Source: Rickettsiales bacterium (lineage in GTDB: Bacteria; Pseudomonadota; Alphaproteobacteria; Methylaequorales; Methylaequoraceae). From it: a DNA stretch of 64,000 nt. The notes below the pieces were generated by a model that was not told the DNA's origin, ran no database searches, and was given only the letters and a program-made list of their open reading frames with translations. Positions 17,801 through 26,991 of the stretch are shown piece after piece. Where the stretch lies: positions 8,094 through 72,093 of the forward strand of contig NZHE01000024.1 of NCBI GenBank assembly GCA_002691145.1, written 5' to 3'. Made by a program: the position numbers and the translations under genes. The stretch's first letter is position 1. Every line of letters begins with the position of its first letter.

Positions 17801-18901
17801 ATGGACAGAAATCTTAAATTTAAAACTTGGTGGACTTCACTTGATAAGGTTATTTTACTTAGCACTTTAGTTTTGTTATTTTTTGGAACCATACTAATCT
17901 ATAGTAGCTCGTTATATTTTGAAGAGAGGAATAATGTTTCGTCAAATTTTTTAATCAAAAAACATTTATTTTTTATTCCACTTGCAGTATTAACTATCAT
18001 TTCTTGTTCCATATTATCTCTTCGAAATTTAATTGTAGTTAGTTTTGTTTTTTTTTTAATTTTTTTAGTTTTATCTTTCCTTCCACCTTTTTTAAACGTT
18101 GAGATAAAAGGAGCTAAAAGATGGATTAAAATTTTCAATATATCCATTCAGCCAAGTGAATTTCTAAAACCAACATTTTTAATTATAAGTTCGCTGCTTT
18201 TGACTAGGTTTAACAAGATAAAGGATTATTCTTTTAATTTAAATATTTTCTTTTTTTTGATTTTAACAATATCTTTTCTTTTCCAACCAGATTTCGGAAT
18301 GTTAATGCTAATTTTTATAGCATGGTTTTTACAGATCATCTTATCTGGAGCGTCATTATTAATTATTTTTTTATTTGTATTATTTGGGATACTAATTTCT
18401 GTTTTTGCTTTTTTTAATTTTGCCCATGTTCGTTTTAGAGTTGAAAATTTTTTTTTAGGAAACATTAGTGATAATTTTCAAATAAACAAATCAGTGGATG
18501 CAATTTCAAATGGTGGTTTGTTGGGTGAGGGACTTGGCCAGGCGGAAATATCAAAAAATCTTCCAGATGTGCATACAGACTTTATTTTTGCTTTAGCAGG
18601 TGAGGAACTTGGTTTTTTGTTTTTAATGATTTTGATATCATGCTATTTAATGATATTCGGAAGAGTGTTAATTTTTGCATTTAAAGAAAAAAACTTGTTT
18701 ATTTTTCTTGCAAGTTCAGGACTAATTTTTATTTTTATTTTTCAAGTAATGATTAATATTTCATCGTCTTTAAATTTAATCCCTACCAAAGGTATGACTT
18801 TACCTTTCATTTCATATGGAGGATCCTCTCTTATTTCATCATCGTTTTTGATTGGCTCTTTATTATGTTTAACAAAAATTAGGCAATACAATGAAAAATA
18901 A
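17801..18901 (+). CDS. ftsW: peptidoglycan glycosyltransferase FtsW (SEDS family)
   Basis: 'PDVHTDFIFALAGEELGF' and 'PTKGMTLPFISYGGSS' SEDS signatures; position between murD and murG. Confidence 0.85.
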   Translation: MDRNLKFKTWWTSLDKVILLSTLVLLFFGTILIYSSSLYFEERNNVSSNFLIKKHLFFIPLAVLTIISCSILSLRNLIVVSFVFFLIFLVLSFLPPFLNVEIKGAKRWIKIFNISIQPSEFLKPTFLIISSLLLTRFNKIKDYSFNLNIFFFLILTISFLFQPDFGMLMLIFIAWFLQIILSGASLLIIFLFVLFGILISVFAFFNFAHVRFRVENFFLGNISDNFQINKSVDAISNGGLLGEGLGQAEISKNLPDVHTDFIFALAGEELGFLFLMILISCYLMIFGRVLIFAFKEKNLFIFLASSGLIFIFIFQVMINISSSLNLIPTKGMTLPFISYGGSSLISSSFLIGSLLCLTKIRQYNEK

Positions 18902-19964
18902 GATTTTATTAGTGACAGGTGGAACAGGAGGGCATTTATTTCCAGCAATTTCTCTAGCTCAAGAATTTAAGAAACAAAATATAAATTTTGAGTTTATAAT
19001 TGATAGGAAGTGTGAAGGTCATTTAAAAAATTATAAAATGAAGTGTAATGTAGTTTTCTCATCTCCGATATTCTTTAGTTTATTAAAACTACCTATTTCT
19101 ATAATCAAAATTATTATTGGATTTTTTCAATCTACATTACTTTTTCTCAGGGAACATAAGAAAATAAAGATTATTATAGGATTTGGAGGATATTCATGTT
19201 TTCCCTCATTAATCGCAGGCTATTTTCTTAACATTCCAATTATTATTCATGAACAGAATGCAATAATGGGAAAAGCAAACAGAATTTTATCAAAATTTTG
19301 TCATAAAACATTTATTTCTTTTAGAAAAACAGAGAAAGCCCCGAAAAATTCTAAATTTACTGGAATACCAGTTAGAAAAGAGTTTTTTGTGAAAAAAAAA
19401 TTTAAAGTACATTATTCCTCAAATAAAATTAATATTTTAATACTTGGAGGTAGTCAGGGTGCCGCAGTTTTCTCTAAAATAATTCCAAAGGCGCTGTCCT
19501 CGCTTTCAAGCTCTGAAATGTCCAAAATAAAAGTTACTCAACAAGCTAGAGAAAATGAGATAGAATCTTTATCAAATACTTATAAAAAAATAAAATTATC
19601 AACTAAAATAAAAAAATTTTTTAGTAATGTTGCTTTAGAGATGCATAAATCTGATGTCATAATTTCAAGATGCGGTGCATCAACACTTGCAGAAATCAGT
19701 GCAACCGAAAAATTCTCAATACTGTTTCCCTTACCTACATCTAAAGACAATCATCAATTCAAGAATGCCAGTGAGTTTTCAAAAAGTAATTCGTGCATAG
19801 TAATGAATGAAAATAAATTCAACTCTTTCGATTTGACAAATCTTTTTAAGAAGATAATAAAAAAACCTGAAAGATTTAAAAATAAATTAACTACTAATCC
19901 AAATACTAATATAGCTAAAGATATTGTGACAATCATTAAAAATTACAAAAATGTTAGATATTGA
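18891..19964 (+). CDS. murG: UDP-N-acetylglucosamine--N-acetylmuramyl-(pentapeptide) pyrophosphoryl-undecaprenol N-acetylglucosamine transferase
   Basis: 'LLVTGGTGGHLFPAISLAQEF' N-terminal motif and the C-terminal 'GGSQGA' region. Confidence 0.85.
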   Translation: MKNKILLVTGGTGGHLFPAISLAQEFKKQNINFEFIIDRKCEGHLKNYKMKCNVVFSSPIFFSLLKLPISIIKIIIGFFQSTLLFLREHKKIKIIIGFGGYSCFPSLIAGYFLNIPIIIHEQNAIMGKANRILSKFCHKTFISFRKTEKAPKNSKFTGIPVRKEFFVKKKFKVHYSSNKINILILGGSQGAAVFSKIIPKALSSLSSSEMSKIKVTQQARENEIESLSNTYKKIKLSTKIKKFFSNVALEMHKSDVIISRCGASTLAEISATEKFSILFPLPTSKDNHQFKNASEFSKSNSCIVMNENKFNSFDLTNLFKKIIKKPERFKNKLTTNPNTNIAKDIVTIIKNYKNVRY

Positions 19965-21366
19965 AACAAAAAAAAAAATATACTTCATTGGAATAGGCGG
20001 AATAGGCATGAGTGGGATCGCGGAAGTCCTTCATGAAATGGGTTTTATCGTTTCTGGTAGTGATATTAATAAAAATCATAATACAATGAGGTTAGAAAAA
20101 ATTGGAATTGAAATAAAAATTGGCCATAAAAAGAGTAATATCAAAAGTATCGACTTAATAATTATTTCATCTGCAATAAAAAAAAATAATGAAGAATTAA
20201 AAGAATCAAAAACTAAAGGAATACCTATATTAACAAGAGCAAAAATGCTTGCTGAGTTGATGCGTTTAAAATATGCCATCACAGTAGCTGGTTCACACGG
20301 CAAAACAACAACAACCTCATTAGTTGCGTCTATAATGGAGCAAGCAAAATTAGATCCAACCGTAATAAATGGTGGAATAATTAATAAGTATAATACAAAT
20401 GCAAAACTTGGTAAGGGTAAATGGATTGTTGCTGAAGCTGACGAGTCTGATGGTTCTTTTACTTTTTTGCCCTCAACCATATGTTTAATTAATAATATTG
20501 ATCCTGAGCATTTAGATTTCTACAAATCATTTAATAATCTCAAAGAGGCATTTATTCAGTATGGAAAAAAAATCCCGTTTTATGGATTCATTTCTTTGTG
20601 CATAGATGAGAAAAGTGTTAAAGAACTGATACCTCATTTTATGGAGCAAAAAATTATTACATATGGACTTTCAAAAAATGCAAATATTACCGCGAGAAAT
20701 ATTTCATTTATTCACAAAAGAGATGTTTTTTATACTAAATTTGATGCTATTATCAATTTGGAAAAAAAGATAATAATTAAAAATATTAGGGCACCTATAT
20801 TAGGCGAACATAATTTAAAAAATATTTTGGGAGCAATTAGCATTACAATAAATTTAAAAATTGAAGGTAAAATTATAAAAAAAGCATTAGAGAAATTTAG
20901 AGGAGTAAAAAGAAGGTTTACATTAATATACAACAAACAAAATATAAAAGTTTTTGACGATTATGCTCATCATCCAAAAGAAATTTTGGTAACTTTAAAT
21001 ACATTAAAAAAAGTCACTAAAGGAAAAGTTATAACAATCTTTCAGCCTCACAGATTTTCTAGAACAAGAGAACTTTTTGATGAATTTATTAAAAGCTTTC
21101 ATTTTACCGATAAATTATTTATATCTCCGGTATACTCAGCAGGTGAAAAAGAGATAAAAAATTTTAATCATCATTCTCTTGTAAAGAATATTAATAAATA
21201 TAAAATTACAGATTCATTTTCATGTGCATTAGATGAAAGTTTATTTATTAAAATTTTTAAACTTCTTAAGCCAAAAGATAACGTTATTTTTTTAGGAGCT
21301 GGTTCAATAACAAATTATGCTCATGAATTTTCAAAATATTTAAAAAAAAATGCTCGGTATAATTAA
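19951..21366 (+). CDS. murC: UDP-N-acetylmuramate--L-alanine ligase
   Basis: 'YFIGIGGIGMSGIAEVL' and 'VAGSHGKTTTTSL' motifs. Confidence 0.85.
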   Translation: MLDIETKKKIYFIGIGGIGMSGIAEVLHEMGFIVSGSDINKNHNTMRLEKIGIEIKIGHKKSNIKSIDLIIISSAIKKNNEELKESKTKGIPILTRAKMLAELMRLKYAITVAGSHGKTTTTSLVASIMEQAKLDPTVINGGIINKYNTNAKLGKGKWIVAEADESDGSFTFLPSTICLINNIDPEHLDFYKSFNNLKEAFIQYGKKIPFYGFISLCIDEKSVKELIPHFMEQKIITYGLSKNANITARNISFIHKRDVFYTKFDAIINLEKKIIIKNIRAPILGEHNLKNILGAISITINLKIEGKIIKKALEKFRGVKRRFTLIYNKQNIKVFDDYAHHPKEILVTLNTLKKVTKGKVITIFQPHRFSRTRELFDEFIKSFHFTDKLFISPVYSAGEKEIKNFNHHSLVKNINKYKITDSFSCALDESLFIKIFKLLKPKDNVIFLGAGSITNYAHEFSKYLKKNARYN

Positions 21367-22252
21367 ATCCTTTCTTTTTAGAAAGAATGTTAGACTGAAT
21401 GAAAACATAGGCCAAAAAACCTGGTTTAGAACAGGTGGACACGCAAAAATTTTTTTCGAACCGAAAAACTTAGAAGACTTATCAGTATTTTTGAGGTCAT
21501 TACCAAAAAATTATCCAAAATTTTTACTTGGGTTAGGATCAAATATAATTTTCAGAGATGGTTTTTATAATGGAGTTGTTATTAAGCTCGGTGAGGGATT
21601 TAATAATTTTGAACTAAATGATTACAAACTAAAAATTGGAGCTGGTGCAAAAAATATAAACATTGTAAAATATACACTTTCAAAAAAAATTACTGGATTT
21701 GAATTTTTAATTGGAATACCCGGATCGTTGGGTGGTTCACTAAAAATGAATTCAAGTTGTTTTAGTTATTGCATAAGTGATAATCTATTAAATGTGAATA
21801 TCATGAACGAGAATGGCGTTATAAAATCGTTTAATAAAAAAGAGTTGGAGATTTCATACAGAAATTGTGAACTACCTGAAGATCATATTTTTATTGATGC
21901 AACATTTAAAATTAAATATGCAAACAAAAATAACATCACGAATAGAATTCAAAATTTTAAAATGAAGAGGAAAAACTCTCAACCCTTAGGTGTGAGAACC
22001 GGAGGTAGTACTTTTGTAAATCCTGACACGGTTAAAGCATGGCAATTAATTGAAAAATCTGGATTAAGAGGAAAAAAATTTGGTGATGCAATGATTTCAG
22101 ATAAACACTGTAATTTTTTGATTAACCTTGGAAAGTCTACATCAACAGAATTAGAAGTTTTGGGAGAGGATATCATAGAAACAGTTTTTAAAAAAGAAAA
22201 TATCAAGCTTAATTGGGAAATAAAACGAGTTGGAAATTTTAAAAAAATATAA
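21350..22252 (+). CDS. murB: UDP-N-acetylenolpyruvoylglucosamine reductase
   Basis: FAD-binding 'FRTGGHAKIFFEP...LGLGSNI' and C-terminal 'GGSTFVNP' / 'DKHCNFLIN' MurB motifs. Confidence 0.8.
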   Translation: MLGIIKSFLFRKNVRLNENIGQKTWFRTGGHAKIFFEPKNLEDLSVFLRSLPKNYPKFLLGLGSNIIFRDGFYNGVVIKLGEGFNNFELNDYKLKIGAGAKNINIVKYTLSKKITGFEFLIGIPGSLGGSLKMNSSCFSYCISDNLLNVNIMNENGVIKSFNKKELEISYRNCELPEDHIFIDATFKIKYANKNNITNRIQNFKMKRKNSQPLGVRTGGSTFVNPDTVKAWQLIEKSGLRGKKFGDAMISDKHCNFLINLGKSTSTELEVLGEDIIETVFKKENIKLNWEIKRVGNFKKI

Positions 22253-23138
22253 AAAAGTAGCTATTATTTTAGGTGGAACATCAGACGAGTCTAATATTTC
22301 TATCAAAACAGGAAACGAGGTTTTTAAACATCTCCATTTGAATTATGAAACAAAAAAAATCAAAGTCTCCTCAAATACTAAAAAATTTATTAAAGATATA
22401 ATTAAATTCAATCCTGATGTTGTTTTTAACGCTTTACATGGAACATTTGGGGAAGATGGACAAATTCAAGCTATATTAAATTCATTAAAAATTCCTTACA
22501 CTCATTCAGGATTTTTAGCTTCCTCTATTGGTATGAACAAAAGGTTGTCAAAAATAATTTTTGAAAATGAAGGAATTTTATGCCCAAAAGGAAAGATTAT
22601 TCATTCAAAAAATTTAAATCAAATTGAAAAAAAACAATTGCCAGTAATTGTTAAACCAAATAGCGGAGGATCAAGTGTGAATATTTTTAGAATAAACACC
22701 AAAAAAGAGTTATTGAAAATAAAATTAAAAGGTGAATTTCTGGTCGAAGAGTTTATTGAAGGAAGAGAAATAACAGTAGGAGTTTTACAAAATAAAATTT
22801 GTGGAATTATGGAAATAATTTTTAAAGATGACATCTATGATTACAAGAATAAGTACATAAATATTGCAGAACACAGGGTTAATCCAAAATTACCGAAAGA
22901 TATTCTTAACAAATTAAAAAAACAGACTCTTAAAGCCCATAAAAGCATTGGTTGTAATTGCTTAAGTAGAGCAGATTTTAGATTTAACGAAAACGAAAAT
23001 AAAATATATTTATTAGAAATAAACACTCAGCCTGGTTTGACAAAAAATTCACTTTTACCGGAAATGGCGTTATATAAGGGAATAGATTTTATTCAACTAT
23101 GTGAAATTATTTTGCAAAGCGCAAGATGCGAAAATTAA
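22230..23138 (+). CDS. ddl: D-alanine--D-alanine ligase
   Basis: 'VAIILGGTSDESNISIKTG', 'VFNALHGTFGEDGQIQAIL' and 'LLEINTQPGLT' (ATP-grasp). Confidence 0.85.
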   Translation: MEILKKYKKVAIILGGTSDESNISIKTGNEVFKHLHLNYETKKIKVSSNTKKFIKDIIKFNPDVVFNALHGTFGEDGQIQAILNSLKIPYTHSGFLASSIGMNKRLSKIIFENEGILCPKGKIIHSKNLNQIEKKQLPVIVKPNSGGSSVNIFRINTKKELLKIKLKGEFLVEEFIEGREITVGVLQNKICGIMEIIFKDDIYDYKNKYINIAEHRVNPKLPKDILNKLKKQTLKAHKSIGCNCLSRADFRFNENENKIYLLEINTQPGLTKNSLLPEMALYKGIDFIQLCEIILQSARCEN

Positions 23139-23854
23139 TTTTTTTTATAACGATAGTTTCAGCTTTAGTTTTAATTTTTAGTAAGATTGAAATCATTCAT
23201 CAAAACATTTACGTCAACAATGTTTCAGAAAAAATAAGTATGATTAAAGAAAAAATAAAACTTATCTTCTTTTTTCAAGTCAAAGAAATTAAATTGAAAA
23301 ATGTCAAAAATTTAGACAATGAGCAAATATATAAAAATTTATCATTTAAAGTGGGCGAAGAATATTTGTTTATTAACTTAAAAAAAAATCTAAAAAATTT
23401 ACTTAACATCAATGAACTGGAATCGGCAAAGATAGTAAAGAAAAAAAATGGTATAATCGAAGTATTAATTTCAGAAAAAGAACCTTTTTTATTTTGGTTA
23501 AAAAAAGATAAAAAAATTGTCATTGACAAAAATGGAGAAGTACTAAATTTTAAAAATGCTAATTTCACAAATCTTAAACTTTTATCAGGAGAGAATGCTA
23601 ATAAAAATATTAACTCATTCTACAAAATCATTCAAAAATATCCTGAACTTGAAAATAAAATTGTAAAATTTGATTTTATAGAAAATTATAGATGGAACAT
23701 TATATTAAATGATAAGGTAAAAATTATGCTGCCGAGAAGAAACTTTGAGAAATCACTTGAAATTTTAGTTAAAATCTTAAAGAGAGATGAATTAAACAAT
23801 AAGGGATATGAGTATTTTGATATGAGAATAAATAATAAAATTCTTTTTAAGTAA
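23126..23854 (+). CDS. ftsQ: cell division protein FtsQ
   Basis: N-terminal TM, POTRA-like region; position between ddl and ftsA. Confidence 0.65.
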   Translation: MRKLIFFITIVSALVLIFSKIEIIHQNIYVNNVSEKISMIKEKIKLIFFFQVKEIKLKNVKNLDNEQIYKNLSFKVGEEYLFINLKKNLKNLLNINELESAKIVKKKNGIIEVLISEKEPFLFWLKKDKKIVIDKNGEVLNFKNANFTNLKLLSGENANKNINSFYKIIQKYPELENKIVKFDFIENYRWNIILNDKVKIMLPRRNFEKSLEILVKILKRDELNNKGYEYFDMRINNKILFK

Positions 23855-23855
23855 A

Positions 23856-25076
23856 ATGATAAAAATCTCCCAACAAGGAATTAAATGCCTCATAGATCTT
23901 GGGACAAACAAGTCAATTTGTGTTGTTTGTAAAAAGATAGAAAATAATAATTTTAAAATAATTGGCTGGAGTCACAAAAAAAGTAATGGAATAAGAAAAG
24001 GAAAAATAACAAATCCTGAAATTTTATCTAAAAATATTACGGATCTAACTCAAGAAGCATCAAAAGAAATCTCTATTAGAAACTTATCAATAAAATTAAA
24101 TATTTCAGATCCAAAAATTATTATTAATAGTCACTCTAGCGAAATTAATAAAGGAGGATTAAATATAAGCAAAAATGATTTGAAAAATTTGTATAAGAAA
24201 AATACGATGTTTCAAAATTTAAAAAAAAAAAAGTTAATTCATTCAATACCAATAAAGTTTAAAATTGATGACAAATTTTTTTTAGATAATCCGCTTGGAA
24301 CAGTTTGTAAAAAACTCACACTAGAATCAAAAAACATATTTGTAGATTCTGATTCATTTTATCAATATCAAAGTTTTATGAAAAACTCAAAACATACTGT
24401 TGATGAATTAATTGACACCAGTTTTGCTTCATCAATACCAACAGTTACTGAAAGTGAAAGGAGTCAAGGTGTGTGTAGTATAGATATTGGGGCAGGTTTA
24501 ACAAAAATAACAACTTATTATAAAAATGCTATTGAGAATATATCTTATATACTATTTGGCGGGAATGATGTCACAAGTGATATTGCCAAAGGACTTGATA
24601 TCTCAACAGAATTAGCAGAATATATAAAAATTGTTCATGGAAATTTATTATTTTCTCAAGATAAAAAAATTAATTTAAATCTAATAAATGGAAAGGAAAA
24701 GATTATAAAACAAAATCTACTTCACGGAATAATCAAACCTAGATATGAGGAGATTTTTGAATTGATAAGAGATAAAATATACGAAATTCTTTCTAAAAAT
24801 ATTCAAATAGAGAATATAGTTTTGACAGGTGGTGCAAGTCAAATTTCTGGTTTAACTGAATTCGCAACAAAAATTCTGAATAGAAAAATTAGACTTTCTT
24901 CACCGACAAATGATCTTTCTTATTTCAACAAAAAACCAGAATTTAGCACAATAATTGGTATGATTGAATTGCAAAAAAATTCTTCTTTTACAACTGTAAA
25001 TCACTCTTTAAAAAATAGTTTTTTACAAAATACTTTTGAAAAATTTGATAACTGGATTCAGGAAAGTTTAACATAA
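23856..25076 (+). CDS. ftsA: cell division protein FtsA (actin-like ATPase)
   Basis: 'CLIDLGTNKSICVV', 'SIDIGAGLTKIT' and 'IVLTGGASQISGL' phosphate/adenosine motifs. Confidence 0.85.
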   Translation: MIKISQQGIKCLIDLGTNKSICVVCKKIENNNFKIIGWSHKKSNGIRKGKITNPEILSKNITDLTQEASKEISIRNLSIKLNISDPKIIINSHSSEINKGGLNISKNDLKNLYKKNTMFQNLKKKKLIHSIPIKFKIDDKFFLDNPLGTVCKKLTLESKNIFVDSDSFYQYQSFMKNSKHTVDELIDTSFASSIPTVTESERSQGVCSIDIGAGLTKITTYYKNAIENISYILFGGNDVTSDIAKGLDISTELAEYIKIVHGNLLFSQDKKINLNLINGKEKIIKQNLLHGIIKPRYEEIFELIRDKIYEILSKNIQIENIVLTGGASQISGLTEFATKILNRKIRLSSPTNDLSYFNKKPEFSTIIGMIELQKNSSFTTVNHSLKNSFLQNTFEKFDNWIQESLT

Positions 25077-25138
25077 ATGAAATATAATGAAATGATTTGT
25101 GATTAGATTTAAAAAAAAGTTAATGCTAAAGTTTAATA

Positions 25139-26083
25139 ATGAATATTTTAAATAAAAAACCGGCTTTCGATTTATTATCGAAAGATTTATCTTCGTTAGC
25201 AAAGCCCCCTAAATTAAAGTTTGGTTCTAGACAAATTACCATAAAAGGTAAAATTGTATTTCGAGGTAATGGTCTCCATTCAGGTAAAAAAGTTAAGATG
25301 ATTGTACATCCTGCTGAAGAAAATTCAGGATATCAGTTTAGAGTAAAGAGCGGTCTTAATTCATACACTAACATAAGAGCAATTTACAACAATGTAGTTT
25401 CGACCAACCTCTCAACAACCATCGCATCAGGAAATTTTAGGGTTTCAACAGTAGAACACATTTTATCGGCCCTCTACGCACTTAGAGTTGACAATGCAAT
25501 CATTGAGTTAGAGCAAGGCAACGAAATTCCAATAATGGATGGCTCATCTTTTGAATTTGTCAGAGGTATTAAAGATTCAGGTTTTGAAGAACAAAATTAT
25601 TTTAAAAAATCGATAAAGGTAAATAAAGTGATTGAGGTTAAAAGTGGTTCAAAAATAGCAAGGATTTCACCTCATGATGAGACTATATTTACCTGTGAAG
25701 TTGGTTATGATTCTAAAGTCATAGGAAATCAATCAATGAGCATTATATTTAATCCATCTATTTATGAGTCACAGATATCGAGAGCTAGAACATTTGGATT
25801 TCTCGAGGATATTGATTATTTACATAAGAATGGGTTGGCATTGGGTGGCTCCTTAGAAAATGCAATTGTTATATCAAAAGATAGAGTATTGAATAAAGAA
25901 GGCCTTAGATTTTCTGACGAGTTTGTTAGACATAAAACTTTAGATCTTATTGGTGATTTATCTCTTTCAGGATACTACATTAAAGGTTCTATTTACAGTT
26001 TTCACGGTGGTCATAATCTAAATAACTTACTCCTTCACAAACTATTTTCTTCAAAAGAAAACTATGAAATTATAGATTTTTAA
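25139..26083 (+). CDS. lpxC: UDP-3-O-acyl-N-acetylglucosamine deacetylase
   Basis: 'RQITIKGKIVFRGNGLHSGKKVKMIVHPAEENSGYQF', 'TVEHILSALYALRVDNAIIELEQGNEIPIMDGSS' and 'HKTLDLIGDL' motifs. Confidence 0.9.
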   Translation: MNILNKKPAFDLLSKDLSSLAKPPKLKFGSRQITIKGKIVFRGNGLHSGKKVKMIVHPAEENSGYQFRVKSGLNSYTNIRAIYNNVVSTNLSTTIASGNFRVSTVEHILSALYALRVDNAIIELEQGNEIPIMDGSSFEFVRGIKDSGFEEQNYFKKSIKVNKVIEVKSGSKIARISPHDETIFTCEVGYDSKVIGNQSMSIIFNPSIYESQISRARTFGFLEDIDYLHKNGLALGGSLENAIVISKDRVLNKEGLRFSDEFVRHKTLDLIGDLSLSGYYIKGSIYSFHGGHNLNNLLLHKLFSSKENYEIIDF

Positions 26084-26151
26084 GCTAGATAAATTTAATT
26101 CATTAGATTTTAAATATAATATTTGATAAAAAATAATCTTGGAAAAGTATT

Positions 26152-26991
26152 ATGTTGTTTAAAAGAATCTTATTGATTTTAGTCCTTTTATTAATGTACA
26201 GTTGTAGTTCAGATGAGAGTGTTGAAATAGATTATACTTTAAGAAGCGATAAAGTACTCTATAATGAAGCCTTACTAGCACTTAAAAAAAAAGATTTTGA
26301 AATAGCTGTAGAACTTTTTACCGAACTAGATTTACAACATCCTTATTCTGTTTGGGCTACTAAGGGACAATTAATGGCCAGCTTTGCTCTTTATCAACAA
26401 AATAAATATGACGAAGCCATTCTTATATTGAGTAAATTTATAAACCTTAATCCAAATAGTAGATATTTGGCCTACGCACTTTATCTAAAAGGATTTTGCT
26501 ATTACGAACGTGTTAGTGAAATAACAAAAGATCAAAAAATCACTCAGCAAGCATTTAAAGCATTTAGAGAGTTATTAAATAAATTTCCGGATTCAAAATA
26601 TTCATTAAAAGCAAAAAAACATTTAGTATTATTAACGAATCAATTAGCTGGTAAAGAAATGTCAATTGGTAAATATTATCAAAAAAGAGGTAATTATCTT
26701 GCTGGAATTTTAAGATATAAAGAGGTCATTCAAAATTATAAAAAGTCTGCCCTAACCCCGGAATCATTATTTCGTCTAACGGAATGTTTTTTGTCACTAG
26801 GCATAAATTCAGAGGCTATTCGAATGGTTTCAATACTAGCATACAATTTTTCGAATTCAGTTTGGTACAATGACGCTTTTAACCTATTGCAAAAATCAAA
26901 GTTAAATATAAAAAGTATAAAAGAAATTAAAGAAAATAATCTTTTAAATCTTAAAAATGTAAACTTTGACGAATTAAGTTTGGAAAAATAG
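26152..26991 (+). CDS. bamD: outer membrane protein assembly factor BamD (TPR lipoprotein)
   Basis: Signal peptide with lipobox-like 'LLMYSC'; TPR-like repeats ('YNEALLALKKKDFEIAVELF', 'YLAYALYLKGFCYYER', 'LAGKEMSIGKYYQKRGNYLA'); conserved lpxC-bamD-recN neighbourhood of alphaproteobacteria. Confidence 0.7.
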   Translation: MLFKRILLILVLLLMYSCSSDESVEIDYTLRSDKVLYNEALLALKKKDFEIAVELFTELDLQHPYSVWATKGQLMASFALYQQNKYDEAILILSKFINLNPNSRYLAYALYLKGFCYYERVSEITKDQKITQQAFKAFRELLNKFPDSKYSLKAKKHLVLLTNQLAGKEMSIGKYYQKRGNYLAGILRYKEVIQNYKKSALTPESLFRLTECFLSLGINSEAIRMVSILAYNFSNSVWYNDAFNLLQKSKLNIKSIKEIKENNLLNLKNVNFDELSLEK

